From the NCBI GenBank assembly GCA_026713825.1, contig JAPONS010000108.1:7585-71584 (forward strand): DNA of 64,000 nucleotides, given 5' to 3'. Source of the DNA: Chloroflexota bacterium (lineage in GTDB: Bacteria; Chloroflexota; Dehalococcoidia; Lucifugimonadales; UBA1127). Positions 44,536-54,368 of the stretch are shown here, piece after piece (the first letter of the stretch is position 1; each line of letters opens with the position of its first letter). The notes below the pieces were generated by a model, which was not told the origin of the DNA, did not search any database, and saw only the letters and a program-made list of their open reading frames with translations. A program made the position numbers and the translations under genes.

Positions 44536-46158
44536 TCAATCATACACCGTGCGAGCATAGGAGTCCGGGTCGATGTAGGCCTCGATGACGGACGGGCCGT
44601 CCAGCGACATTCCCCAGTCGAGCGCCTCACCCAGCCCGGCTTCGTCATGGACGGTGCGGGTGGGGACGCCGAAATACTCCGGGGGCGTCGGCGGCGGCTC
44701 GCCGAGGAATGAGCCGCCCACGCCGTAGCTCTTGCCCTGCTGCTTCAGCTTGATGAGCGCGAGCCAGCCATCGTTGAGCACGACGATTGGCAGCGGCAGG
44801 TCCAGGCGGCGCATGACGGCCAGCTCGCCCGCGGTCATCTGGAAGCAGCCGTCGCCGACAACGCCGACGACGCGGCGGTCAGGGTGCGCCAGCTTCGCGG
44901 CGATGGCGCCCGGGATGCCGTAGCCCATGGACGACCAGCCGTTGGTGGAGACGCAGGTGTTGGGCAGGTCCGTGCGCCACTGCGTCGCGATCTGGTGCGT
45001 GTGCGCGCCCACGTCGTAGACAAGGATCCCATCGGCAGGGAGCTTCTCTCGGAGGTTGTCGAGCACGCGGTGGGCACTCATGGTTGCCGTCTCCGGGCGC
45101 AGGTCGGCGTCGAGCTGCGCGCGGTGCACGGCCCACTCCTCGACCGACCAGTCGTTGGCGGCGGGCGCAAGGCCGGCGATGCCGCGGAGGGCCTCGTCCA
45201 TGTAGGTGGCCTCGTTGAAGCGCACGTCGACGCTGCCGTCGACGTCGGCGGCCTGATTGGCGACGTGCACCACGGGAATCGAGCCAGCCCACTCCTCGTA
45301 GTTGATCTCGATGGGGTCGTAGCCGACCGCGATGACGAGGTCCGCGCCGTTGATGAAGCGCTGCACGTTGGTGCGCCGCGCGCGGCCGAGAACGCCCGCC
45401 CAGTTGGGGTGGCTCTCAGGGAGCCAGCCCTTGCCGTGCATGGTGGAGATGAACGGGATGCCCTGCCGCTCGACGAAGGCCTGGAGCGCGTCGGCGGCGC
45501 GGGTGCGCGTGAAGCCGAGGCCCGTCATGACGACGGGGCGACGGCTCGCGGCGAGGGCGTCGGCAACTGCGGCAACGGCATTGCCGGCGGCTACGGCTGC
45601 GGATGCGTCCGCGGCGGCTGTCTCGACGGTGGCCCCGTTTGGCACGGCGGCTGCGTCCGCGGGGGCCTCGGCGGCGCCTACGTCCTCGGGCAGGTCAAGG
45701 TGAACGGGGCCCGGCGGCTCCGCCGTCGCGATGGCCAGCGCCTCCGTGACCCGCGCGGCGACGTCTGTGTGGCGCAGGGGGAGTGAGGCTTTCGTGATGG
45801 GCGCGAAGAGTGCGTGGTGGTCGATGCGCATCTGGATACGGCGCTCGAGCCACGGCGTGGGCACGTTGCACGTGATGGCGACGAGGGGAGCGCAGTCGAG
45901 CCAGGCGCAGCCGACGCCCGTCGACATGTTGGTCGCGCCGGGGCCCAGCGTCGAGAGGCAGACGCCCGGCGTGCCGGTGAGGCTGCCGACGGCGCTGGCC
46001 ATGAAGCCGGCAGAGGTCTCGCTGGCGGTGAGCACGTACCTGACGGACGTGCGCTCCAGGGCGTCGATGAGCGGCAGGACGGGCCCGCTGGGCACGCCAA
46101 ATACCCACTTGACCCCCGCCGCCTCCAGCGTTTGGGCAATGAGGTCAACGTTCTTCAT
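44536..46158 (-). CDS. thiamine-pyrophosphate-dependent enzyme (acetolactate-synthase-large-subunit-like)
   Basis: Start at MKNVDLIAQTLEAAGVKWVFGVPSG… C-terminal TPP motif …GDGCFQMTAGELA…NDG… 540 aa. Confidence 0.8.
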   Translation of the reverse strand: MKNVDLIAQTLEAAGVKWVFGVPSGPVLPLIDALERTSVRYVLTASETSAGFMASAVGSLTGTPGVCLSTLGPGATNMSTGVGCAWLDCAPLVAITCNVPTPWLERRIQMRIDHHALFAPITKASLPLRHTDVAARVTEALAIATAEPPGPVHLDLPEDVGAAEAPADAAAVPNGATVETAAADASAAVAAGNAVAAVADALAASRRPVVMTGLGFTRTRAADALQAFVERQGIPFISTMHGKGWLPESHPNWAGVLGRARRTNVQRFINGADLVIAVGYDPIEINYEEWAGSIPVVHVANQAADVDGSVDVRFNEATYMDEALRGIAGLAPAANDWSVEEWAVHRAQLDADLRPETATMSAHRVLDNLREKLPADGILVYDVGAHTHQIATQWRTDLPNTCVSTNGWSSMGYGIPGAIAAKLAHPDRRVVGVVGDGCFQMTAGELAVMRRLDLPLPIVVLNDGWLALIKLKQQGKSYGVGGSFLGEPPPTPPEYFGVPTRTVHDEAGLGEALDWGMSLDGPSVIEAYIDPDSYARTVYD

Positions 46159-46166
46159 CGCCGGGG

Positions 46167-46976
46167 CTACTCCCCGTTGCCGAGGCCGCAGTCCTTGAGG
46201 AAGCGGTGCACGAGGAAGTTGAAGACGTCCGGCAGCTCGAAGTACATGGAGTGCCCGCACTGCGGGACCTTGATGAGCGAGGCGTTGGGGAAGAGCGCGC
46301 AGGCCATCTCCAGCACGTCCGGAGGCTGCAGCACGTCGTCCTCACCGCCGATGAAGCGCGTGGGCATCGTGACGCGGGCGAGGTCGTCCTCGGTAATATC
46401 GGCGACGCTGGGGCCGGAGATCTGGGACATGGTGGCGCCGAGGAGACGCGCCTGCGTTGACGGGTTGAAGCCGCTGATCTTGAGGTAGAGCTCCGTCGAG
46501 ACAGGGTCGCGCTCCCGGAAGCTGGGGGAGAGCACGCGCTCGGCCTGCGCCATCGCGTCGGTGGCCTTGCGGACCTCCTCCTGCCGCGCGGCGAGGGCGC
46601 CGGTCGACTCGAAGAAGCCGGTGGTCGCGGCCATCACCAGCGCCTGCACGCGCTCGGGGCGCTTGACGGCGAAGCCGAGGCATGTGCGCCCGCCCATGGA
46701 CTGCGCGACGAGCGAGGCCTTCTCGATCTCCAGGTGGTCCAGCAGCGCCTCAAGGTCGTCCACGAAGGCTGCGCGGCCGGGGCCGCCCTCGACGTCGCGG
46801 GATATGCCGAAGCCGCGGTGGTCGAAGTTGATCACGCGGTACCACTGCGAGAAGTACTTAACCTGTTTCCACCAGATGGCGTGATTCCCACCAACTCCGT
46901 GGGCAAGGACGACGGCAGGGCCCGTTCCTGTGGACTCATAGAAGAGGTCTATTCCGTTGATCTTCGCGAAAGGCAT
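46167..46976 (-). CDS. alpha/beta-fold hydrolase
   Basis: 269 aa. …VVLAHGVGGNHAIW… and the nucleophile elbow AQSMGG. Confidence 0.8.
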   Translation of the reverse strand: MPFAKINGIDLFYESTGTGPAVVLAHGVGGNHAIWWKQVKYFSQWYRVINFDHRGFGISRDVEGGPGRAAFVDDLEALLDHLEIEKASLVAQSMGGRTCLGFAVKRPERVQALVMAATTGFFESTGALAARQEEVRKATDAMAQAERVLSPSFRERDPVSTELYLKISGFNPSTQARLLGATMSQISGPSVADITEDDLARVTMPTRFIGGEDDVLQPPDVLEMACALFPNASLIKVPQCGHSMYFELPDVFNFLVHRFLKDCGLGNGE

Positions 46977-47069
46977 GGTGGCCTCCTTCGACCCCGTTTG
47001 GGGCGATTGAACATCAGCCGCAAGGGGGTGTCAAGGAGAGCAGGGTTATTGAGGGAGGCGGGAAGACGG

Positions 47070-47453
47070 CTACGGCGATGAATCCGCGGCGGGCCTGCCC
47101 GTCGTGAGGAGGTATGCAGTGTAGAGGAGACCAAGGAGGGGGACGACGGCCAGTATGGCCGGAATTTCCCAGTCGCCCTTCGTTGATCCCGTTGCAATAG
47201 ACAGCGCATAGTAGCCGTCGGCCAGCGCAGTCGCCAGCAGCAACGTAGCGGCGGCGGCGAGGGCGGGCTTGCCAAGCGACGGCATGAACACGACCGCCAA
47301 CAGGCCGACAGCGCTCAGTGGGTGCAGGAGAGTCAGGAGCAATCGGGCAAATGTGTCATCGCCGTCGGCAAAGGAGCCGACCAGGGCCAGAAACGCCGCA
47401 AACAGGCCGTAGAGAACGGCGACGACCTGCATGGGGACAAGGAGCTTCTTCAT
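47070..47453 (-). CDS. hypothetical multi-span membrane protein
   Basis: Start at MKKLLVPMQVVAVLYGLFAAFLALVG… Four hydrophobic segments and no recognisable family. Confidence 0.4.
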   Translation of the reverse strand: MKKLLVPMQVVAVLYGLFAAFLALVGSFADGDDTFARLLLTLLHPLSAVGLLAVVFMPSLGKPALAAAATLLLATALADGYYALSIATGSTKGDWEIPAILAVVPLLGLLYTAYLLTTGRPAADSSP

Positions 47454-47495
47454 GGGGTGAGGATAGGCCCGCCGCGGCGCGAGGGTCAAGCTGCG

Positions 47496-47518
47496 GGGGC
47501 AACCACGAGGATTGCCCC
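47496..47518. repeat. REP-like hairpin (ggggcaacc…ttgcccc family, inverted copy)
   Basis: ggggcaaccacgaggattgcccc approximates the reverse complement of the unit at 5020 and 9897. Confidence 0.5.
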
Positions 47519-47539
47519 TACAATGGGTCCCGGGCCCCG

Positions 47540-48790
47540 CTACGGGTCAAAGCGGTAGACCACGGGCATGTCCGTGGCTTCCGTGACCGCTCCGCCCGGA
47601 TGCCGCCGCACCACCAGACGGCCCGTCCCGCAATCGCCGAACCCGTCGCAGGAGATCTCGCCGATGATGCCCCGGAAGCCGCTCACGCCCGTCAGCGCCT
47701 CCCGCAACGCGGCCCGGTCAATGTAGAGGTCGCCTTCAATGGTGACCGCGACGTTGTCAATGGCCCGCAGCAGCATCGTCGTGGCGTCGTAGGCGTGGGA
47801 GATAAAGACGTAGGTGGCGGCCTCGCCGTGCCTGGCCTGGTACGCGGCCTTGAGCTGCGCGCCGCTGACACCGGTGGCCTCGTTCACGTTGTCGTCGAAG
47901 TCCAGGTCGGGGCTGGAGAAGTAGACGCCCGCGGCCTCCGGCAGGGAGAGCAGCTGGGTGGTCAGCAGCGCCTCGCCGCCGATGACGGTCACGCCCTGCA
48001 GGCCGGGGACGTCCGCCAACTGCGTAAGGACCGTCGCGCCATCCTCCCCGTGGACGGGCAGGAAGAGGCCGTCCGGCCCAGCCTCAGCCAGCTCCGTCAG
48101 CGCGCCCGTCATGTCGGGGGCCCCTCGGGTGATCTTCATAACGACCGTCGCGCCGCCGCTCTCGGCAAAGGCCGCGGCGAAGGCTTCGGCCAGGCCGCGG
48201 GTGTAGGGGTCGCCGTCGTGCAGGACGCCGACGTTGCGGAGTCCCAGCTCCTCCCAGGCGAACCGGGCCACGGCCAAGCCCTGGTACAGATCGTTGCTGG
48301 CGGTGCGGTAGTAGCCCGGCATGTTGCTGTCGGAGGCGTTGCCCTGCAGGTCCGACGTCAGCGACGGCGCGGTGTTGGACGGCGACAGCATGACGAGGTT
48401 GCCCCGGCTGATGACCGGCAGCGCGGCGACTGCGGCGAACGAGCACGAGGTGCCGATGACGCCCACCACCTTGGGGTCGGCGGCGACGGACTCTGCGGCG
48501 TGGATGGCGGCGTCGGTCTCGCACGCCGAGTCCAACCCCTCGCCCATCGCGACCGCATGGCCGCGGATGGGGCCGTAGTCGGCGATGGCCATCTCGACGG
48601 TGCGCTCCACGTGGGCGCCGGAGCCGAGGGTGACGGCGGTGATGGTGCGGATGTGGATATCGTCGCCGGCCTCCACCTTCACCGCGCCCAGGAGGCCCTC
48701 GTCGAAGGGGCTGCCCCCGCAGGCCGCGCTCAGCGCCAGCAGCGCGGCGGCCAGCGCGAGGGCCAGGGTCCGGCGGAGGTGACGCTTCAT
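47540..48790 (-). CDS. ABC transporter substrate-binding lipoprotein (Leu/Ile/Val-binding, LivJ-like family)
   Basis: Start at MKRHLRRTLALALAAALLALSAAC (lipobox). …PKVVGVIGTSCSFAAVAALPVISRGNLVMLSPSNTAP… No permease or ATPase genes are adjacent. Confidence 0.75.
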   Translation of the reverse strand: MKRHLRRTLALALAAALLALSAACGGSPFDEGLLGAVKVEAGDDIHIRTITAVTLGSGAHVERTVEMAIADYGPIRGHAVAMGEGLDSACETDAAIHAAESVAADPKVVGVIGTSCSFAAVAALPVISRGNLVMLSPSNTAPSLTSDLQGNASDSNMPGYYRTASNDLYQGLAVARFAWEELGLRNVGVLHDGDPYTRGLAEAFAAAFAESGGATVVMKITRGAPDMTGALTELAEAGPDGLFLPVHGEDGATVLTQLADVPGLQGVTVIGGEALLTTQLLSLPEAAGVYFSSPDLDFDDNVNEATGVSGAQLKAAYQARHGEAATYVFISHAYDATTMLLRAIDNVAVTIEGDLYIDRAALREALTGVSGFRGIIGEISCDGFGDCGTGRLVVRRHPGGAVTEATDMPVVYRFDP

Positions 48791-48871
48791 CGGGAGTGCG
48801 GTCTGCATGCTGTCCGTCCTTCTTTCCTCAGTATAGCGCGCCATTGGGGGCCGCCGGCGGTCTGGTTCGCC

Positions 48872-50056
48872 CTACATCGCCTCCAGCAGCGCACCGGCAG
48901 CGGCGGCGAGGACCACCACGAGCCACGGGGGCGTCTTCCAGAAGGCCAGCAACACGAACGCGGCAGCCCCAAGCGCAAAGTCCTCGGGCGCATCAATGGC
49001 GCTGGTCCAGACGGGGTCGTACAGGGCCGCCAGGAGGATGCCCACAACTGCGGCGTTGACGCCCATAAGGCCTCGCCGCACCGGCGTGAAGCCGCGCAGC
49101 CGCTCCCAGAAGGGCAGCACACCCCAGACCAGCAGGAACGACGGCAGGAAGATGGCGGCCAATGCCAGCAACCCGCCCAGCCACCAGGGGTCGAGGACGC
49201 CCATGACCGTCCCCAAGTACGCAGAGAAGGTGAACAGCGGCCCCGGCACAGCCTGCGCGGCGCCATAGCCCGCGAGGAACTCATCCTTGGTGACCAAGCC
49301 GGAAGGGACAACCTCCGCCTCCAACAGCGGCAGCACCACATGCCCGCCGCCGAACACCAGCGAGCCCGAGCGGTAGAAGCTGTCGGCAACGGCAAGCGGC
49401 TGGTTGTCGACAGCCCGTGCGACGAAAGGAAGCGCCACGAGCGCGACGATGAACAACGCCAGCAACAGCGCCCCGATCCCGGCGCCGGTGCGCCGTCCTG
49501 CGTCGCCGGCAGACTGCAATTCGGCGGGCCGCAGCAGGATGAGGCCGAGCGCGGCTCCGCCCGCGATGACGAGCACCTGCACGGCAACGCCGCCGGTCAG
49601 CAGCAGCGCAGCCGCCGCAACCACGGCGATGGTGATGCGCGTCCGGTCCGGCGTCAGGGTCCGGCCCATGCCCCACAGCGCGAAGGCCACGACGGCCACC
49701 GCAGCGATCTTGAGGCCGTCGAGCCAGCCGCCGGCGTCGCCGCCGAACTCGTGCACACCGTAGGCGAAGGCCGCCAGGGCCGCGGCGGACGGCAGCGTGA
49801 ACCCCAGCCACGCGAGGAATCCGCCAAGATACCCCGCGCGCCCCGTCCCGATCGCGATGCCGAGCTGGCTGCTGGCCGGGCCGGGGAGGAACTGGCAGAG
49901 CGCGACGAGCTCGGCAAAGCGCTCCTCTGAGAGCCACTTTCGACGCTCAACGTACTCGTCATGGAAGTAGCCGATGTGCGCCACCGGCCCGCCAAAAGAC
50001 GTGAGCCCAAGGCGCAGCGCGACAAGCAGGACTTCGAGCAATCGGGAGATTCCCAT
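48872..50056 (-). CDS. chrA: chromate transporter (CHR family)
   Basis: 394 aa. …LGLTSFGGPVAHIGYFHDEYVERRKWLSEERFAELVALCQFLPGPASSQ… with an internal duplication (…LVFGGGHVVLPLL…). Confidence 0.88.
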   Translation of the reverse strand: MGISRLLEVLLVALRLGLTSFGGPVAHIGYFHDEYVERRKWLSEERFAELVALCQFLPGPASSQLGIAIGTGRAGYLGGFLAWLGFTLPSAAALAAFAYGVHEFGGDAGGWLDGLKIAAVAVVAFALWGMGRTLTPDRTRITIAVVAAAALLLTGGVAVQVLVIAGGAALGLILLRPAELQSAGDAGRRTGAGIGALLLALFIVALVALPFVARAVDNQPLAVADSFYRSGSLVFGGGHVVLPLLEAEVVPSGLVTKDEFLAGYGAAQAVPGPLFTFSAYLGTVMGVLDPWWLGGLLALAAIFLPSFLLVWGVLPFWERLRGFTPVRRGLMGVNAAVVGILLAALYDPVWTSAIDAPEDFALGAAAFVLLAFWKTPPWLVVVLAAAAGALLEAM

Positions 50057-50151
50057 TACGGGCCTATTGTCGCTGACGGAATGAGCGGTGTCAGCAGTGA
50101 GTGGTGGGGTATAATAGCGCGTTGCGGTGGTGGGGAGGCGAAGGGAGACGC

Positions 50152-52620
50152 ATGGGAAGCAGACTGACCGGCGAAGGGCCGGCGAAGGTGTACGCGGCGG
50201 CGGAAAAGTGGGTGGACGCCGCCCTGCGCACCGACGACTCGCTGTTCACGCCAGGAAAGCCGGTGTGGACACTGGACGTGCTGGGGGAGGTGCGGGAGAA
50301 CTTCTTAGATCGACCGAATGAAGGTAGTGGGAGCTTCATGAATAGGCTGCAGGCGCAGCTTGACGGCTGCTCGCCTAAGGCTTATCAGCTTGTGGGTGAA
50401 GTGATGTACGTCCATTTCCTCATCACCGACAAGGGCATGAACCGAAACACCAAGGTGAACTACATTAACCAAGTGCTTGGCTGGGCTTCTCCTCCCTTCA
50501 CCATGCCCCAAGAGGCTGCTGATGGATTCGGCATCGGCCTTATGGGTACTGGACAGAGCTTTCACAATCACCGCCCGTACCACATCGGCTTCATTCTGGA
50601 ATTTGTAGAACACTGGAAGCAACAGCCAGCAAATGAGCAGCAATCGTTGCTGGATAACCCGTGGGCGTTTAAGGACTTCCTTTGGCAGACACCGCTCACC
50701 AGCGAATTGCTGAAGAATGACAAGAACAAGCCCACATTACAGAGACTAGCACTGTTGCATCTCATATTCCCGGACACATTCGAGGCAATCGTATCTACAG
50801 CGCACAGGCAGAAGATATTCTCTGCGTTCGCCGGACTGGCTGACGAACCCGACCAGGACATCGACCGGCGGTTACAGCAGCTTCGCCGACACTTTGAGGC
50901 TAAGTATGGATCGCCCAATCACCTTTTTTATCGCGAGGCGATTAAGAGCCAGTGGGACGGGACCGAACCACATAACCCCGACCCTAGCCCTTGGGACGTA
51001 ATTGTCAAGCGGGCAAAGGCATACGTAACCACTGGCAATTTAGAGAAGGATGAGATCAATTACAAATTAGATATCGCGCGGAAACTAGCGGAAGCACGGG
51101 AGGCAGTCCTCACCGATGGGGGTGACTGGGCAGGGCTAGTTAAAAGAGGAATTGTTGGCAACCTTGTCTTCAATATCCAACTATCCAGGTTCCGCACTTG
51201 GGTTGACAGCTTACCGCAGCAAGCCCTCAATGCGCTGAAGACACTCTGGCGGCAAGATGATTCGCCCATTGAGGAACGCATTCGTAAATTCAGTGCTTTA
51301 CTTCCCAAAGCAAATGTACCTGACGCCGAACATCCCATTGGCATCACTGGCTCTGGCACCCGTGCAAACGTGATCTCAGTCCTTCTTATGGCGTTAGGCG
51401 CAGAAGACCACCCGCCCTTCCGCATGGGCGTCTTTGACAAAGCCTATGAATTGACGGGGTTCGCGAAGCCTGGAACTTCCAGCGATGAGGTCGAACTATA
51501 CACCCATGCCATGAAGTTCCTGAACAAGTTTATTGAAGAAGCTGGTGAGCGCGGTCTCCCGATACACAACCTCCTTGAAGCACAGTCGATTCTTTGGATG
51601 ATTGGAGATTGGGAAGAAGATGAAGACAACGGCAAAGGTGGTGGGCTTGAGAATAGCCCCACCCTCGCAAGTCTCGCCACTGATCTCTACTTACACCCTG
51701 ACTTCCTGAGGGACATCGTGCTGCTCCTAGAAGAGAAGAAACAGATCATCTTCCAGGGCCCGCCAGGGACAGGAAAGACCTTTCTTGCGCGTGAGCTTGC
51801 CAAGCATCTGGCTGACGGTGATGACGGGCGGGTGACGCTAGTGCAATTTCACCCGTCGTATGCGTATGAGGACTTCGTGCAGGGTTTCCGTCCCGACCCC
51901 GACGGCAGGGGTGGGTTCGCGCTGCGGGATGGGCCGCTGCTGCGGGCGGCTCGCGCTGCCCAACAGGACTTGGACGCAGCTAGAGCAGCAGGGCAGGACC
52001 CCGATAGCGCCAGCCGCCACTACCTCATCATTGATGAGATCAACCGAGGTAACCTCGGCAAGGTGTTCGGGGAACTGTACTTCCTGTTGGAGTACAGAGA
52101 CGAGGCCATGCGGCTCCAATACGCCGACACCGACTTCTCTCTGCCGCCCAACCTCTACATCATCGGCACCATGAACACTGCCGACCGTTCAATCGCGCTG
52201 GTGGATCTGGCGCTCCGGCGGCGGTTCTACTTCATGGACTTTCACCCGGATGAGGAGCCCATCAAGGGTGTCCTGCGCCGCTGGCTAGCGGCGAACGCGC
52301 CGGAGATGGAGTGGGCAGCGGACGTGGTCAACGCGGCGAACGAGAAGCTGAAGGACGACCGCCACGCGGCCATCGGGCCAAGCTACTTCATGCGGCCTGG
52401 CCTGGACGACGCGGCTGTGGAACGCATCTGGAAGCACAGCGTCCTGCCGTATCTGACCGAACGCCTCTATGAGAACGCCGAACGGCTCGCCGAGTTTGAC
52501 CTGAACAAGCTGCGGGCTGAGGTCGAGATCAGCAACGGCAACGCAGGCGGGAGCGGCCCGGCGGAAGCTGAGGAAGGCCCTGGTGATGCAGATGATGACG
52601 GTGGCGAGTCCAGTGCGTGA
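50152..52620 (+). CDS. mcrB: McrB-like AAA+ (GTPase-type) restriction subunit with a long N-terminal region
   Basis: ATG at 50152 follows RBS aagggag. The C-terminal module has FQGPPGTGKTFLA (Walker A), YLIIDEINRGNLGKVFGELYFLLEYR (Walker B and McrB signature), IIGTMNTADRS and LRRRF. The first roughly 500 aa are unassigned and partly AT-richer. Confidence 0.8.
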   Translation: MGSRLTGEGPAKVYAAAEKWVDAALRTDDSLFTPGKPVWTLDVLGEVRENFLDRPNEGSGSFMNRLQAQLDGCSPKAYQLVGEVMYVHFLITDKGMNRNTKVNYINQVLGWASPPFTMPQEAADGFGIGLMGTGQSFHNHRPYHIGFILEFVEHWKQQPANEQQSLLDNPWAFKDFLWQTPLTSELLKNDKNKPTLQRLALLHLIFPDTFEAIVSTAHRQKIFSAFAGLADEPDQDIDRRLQQLRRHFEAKYGSPNHLFYREAIKSQWDGTEPHNPDPSPWDVIVKRAKAYVTTGNLEKDEINYKLDIARKLAEAREAVLTDGGDWAGLVKRGIVGNLVFNIQLSRFRTWVDSLPQQALNALKTLWRQDDSPIEERIRKFSALLPKANVPDAEHPIGITGSGTRANVISVLLMALGAEDHPPFRMGVFDKAYELTGFAKPGTSSDEVELYTHAMKFLNKFIEEAGERGLPIHNLLEAQSILWMIGDWEEDEDNGKGGGLENSPTLASLATDLYLHPDFLRDIVLLLEEKKQIIFQGPPGTGKTFLARELAKHLADGDDGRVTLVQFHPSYAYEDFVQGFRPDPDGRGGFALRDGPLLRAARAAQQDLDAARAAGQDPDSASRHYLIIDEINRGNLGKVFGELYFLLEYRDEAMRLQYADTDFSLPPNLYIIGTMNTADRSIALVDLALRRRFYFMDFHPDEEPIKGVLRRWLAANAPEMEWAADVVNAANEKLKDDRHAAIGPSYFMRPGLDDAAVERIWKHSVLPYLTERLYENAERLAEFDLNKLRAEVEISNGNAGGSGPAEAEEGPGDADDDGGESSA

Positions 52621-53845
52621 GCTTAACCTGACCGAGTACAAGCCAAGCGAGGCAACGCCACTGACCGCGCCAGAGCTTGCATCGCTCTTGTCGGCCCGCA
52701 AGCAGCTCGGTGTGTCTGTAGAGCCTGCGCAGAATCATCTGGGTGCGTATGTCGTCACGCCCGCCTCCACCGTCGGCGCCGTCGAAATCGACGGCCTCTC
52801 CGTCGTCATCAAGCCCAAGATCACCATGCAACAGGTGCTGTCTCTCGCCCTCTATGCCATGGATGCGGACAGTCGCTTTCATCTGCACCCCTTTGACTTT
52901 GCGGAGGAGGACGCGCTGCCGGACCTGCTGGCGCATGCGCTGGCACAGGCGGCGCAGCGGGCCTTCGCGCAGGGACTGCTGCACGGCTACCGGGCGGAAG
53001 AGGAATCGCTGTACGGCGTGCGGGGCCGCATCCGGTTTGACGACCAAGTGCGCCGCCGGTTCGGCCGCGCCCTGCCGATAGAGGCACGGTACGACGACTT
53101 CACAGATGACATCCTGGAGAACCGGCTGGTGAAGGCGGCGGCGGGCCAGCTGGCTATGATGCGGCTGCGCTCCCCGGCAGCGCGGCGAGGACTGGGATGG
53201 ATTGCCGGAACGCTCGCCAATGTCTCGCCCGTGGAGTATCCGCTCAACAACGTGCCGGAGGTGCGGTTCGACCGGCTGAACGAGCACTACCGGCAGGTGG
53301 TGACGCTGGCACGGCTGGTGCTGCGGCACACCGCCTACCAGTCGAGCCGGGGCGCGGTTCGGGCTATTGGCTTCTTGTTTGACATGAACGATGTCTTTCA
53401 GCGATTCGTGACGCGCGCGCTGAGAGGGAAGCTCCAGTTGTCCGAGCGTGCCTTCCCATCCGATAAGAAACTGCCCCAAAAGGTGACGCTGGACACGAGT
53501 GGACAACTGAACCTCTTGCCAGATCTGTCATGGTGGCAGGACGGTAAGTGCGTCTTTGTCGGAGACGCCAAGTACAAGCGCATCCTTGACGAGCGCGTTC
53601 CTAACGCTGATCTCTATCAACTTCTGGCCTACGCTACTGCCCTGAATCTTCCAAACGGGTTGCTCATCTATGCGGAGAGTGAAGCAAATGTTGCCTCTCA
53701 TACCGTCCGCTACGCCAACAAACAACTGGAGGTCACAGCGCTAGATCTCAATGGCAACCTAGACGATGTTCTAGAGCGAGTTGGGTATCTTGCTAACAGG
53801 GTATGCACACTTTCCATTTCAGGAAGCGTATCAGTCAGCATGTGA
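52583..53845 (+). CDS. mcrC: McrC-like PD-(D/E)xK nuclease subunit
   Basis: …VGAVEIDGLSVVIKPKI… (McrC N-terminal pattern) and …LLPDLSWWQDGKCVFVGDAKYK…LYQLLAYA… (D…D/E-x-K nuclease core). Overlaps the mcrB 3' end. The start is ambiguous among GTG 52583, ATG 52586 and ATG 52595. Confidence 0.8.
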   Translation: MMQMMTVASPVRELNLTEYKPSEATPLTAPELASLLSARKQLGVSVEPAQNHLGAYVVTPASTVGAVEIDGLSVVIKPKITMQQVLSLALYAMDADSRFHLHPFDFAEEDALPDLLAHALAQAAQRAFAQGLLHGYRAEEESLYGVRGRIRFDDQVRRRFGRALPIEARYDDFTDDILENRLVKAAAGQLAMMRLRSPAARRGLGWIAGTLANVSPVEYPLNNVPEVRFDRLNEHYRQVVTLARLVLRHTAYQSSRGAVRAIGFLFDMNDVFQRFVTRALRGKLQLSERAFPSDKKLPQKVTLDTSGQLNLLPDLSWWQDGKCVFVGDAKYKRILDERVPNADLYQLLAYATALNLPNGLLIYAESEANVASHTVRYANKQLEVTALDLNGNLDDVLERVGYLANRVCTLSISGSVSVSM

Positions 53846-53929
53846 ATTGACGCCCACCGCGCCCTATGCTTCCATTGCCGCAGCAAGGCCCGCCGCCTTG
53901 TGGAATATCCTGGGATGGGGGGAACCCAT

Positions 53930-54334
53930 ATGGAAATGCTTCGGAAACCTGTTGCGGTCTACCTCGCTCTCTCAGCCCTCGCTGTGCTGGTCCACTTCTG
54001 GTTCAGCCCGTTCTACCCGGAGTCGTGGGACGTGGGCGTGATCTGGGAGGTGGTGGACGTGTTCATGGCCGTGGGCATCGTGGTCACGCTGGCGTACACG
54101 TTCTCGTACAAGAGCAGCGTGGGCTCGGACGACAGCTCGCTCGCCCACATTTGCGCGTACACCGCCTTCTACGCCTCCGTGGTGCTGGCCGTCCTCTTCT
54201 TCTGGAACTGGTTCGATGATCTGACCGTGGCATCGGGAGAACAGAGCGTAACCAACTACAACTACTGGGTAATCATCAACACGATGTACATCGTGCTCAT
54301 GGGCACGGTCGGCTGGCACCTGTGGCGGAAGTAG
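53930..54334 (+). CDS. hypothetical four-span membrane protein
   Basis: Start at MEMLRKPVAVYLALSALAVLVHFWF… No recognisable family. Confidence 0.4.
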   Translation: MEMLRKPVAVYLALSALAVLVHFWFSPFYPESWDVGVIWEVVDVFMAVGIVVTLAYTFSYKSSVGSDDSSLAHICAYTAFYASVVLAVLFFWNWFDDLTVASGEQSVTNYNYWVIINTMYIVLMGTVGWHLWRK

Positions 54335-54368
54335 GCGGGGAGCTTTAAGGCCCCACGGCGGAGTTGCC

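Noticed and set aside
47318-49930. 870-aa ORF on the plus strand, the longest in the window
   Set aside because: Its product is Arg/Gly/Ala/His/Gln-rich low-complexity sequence with no motifs. It lies antisense to two well-supported minus-strand genes (substrate-binding lipoprotein and chrA). This is a typical open antisense frame in GC-rich DNA.
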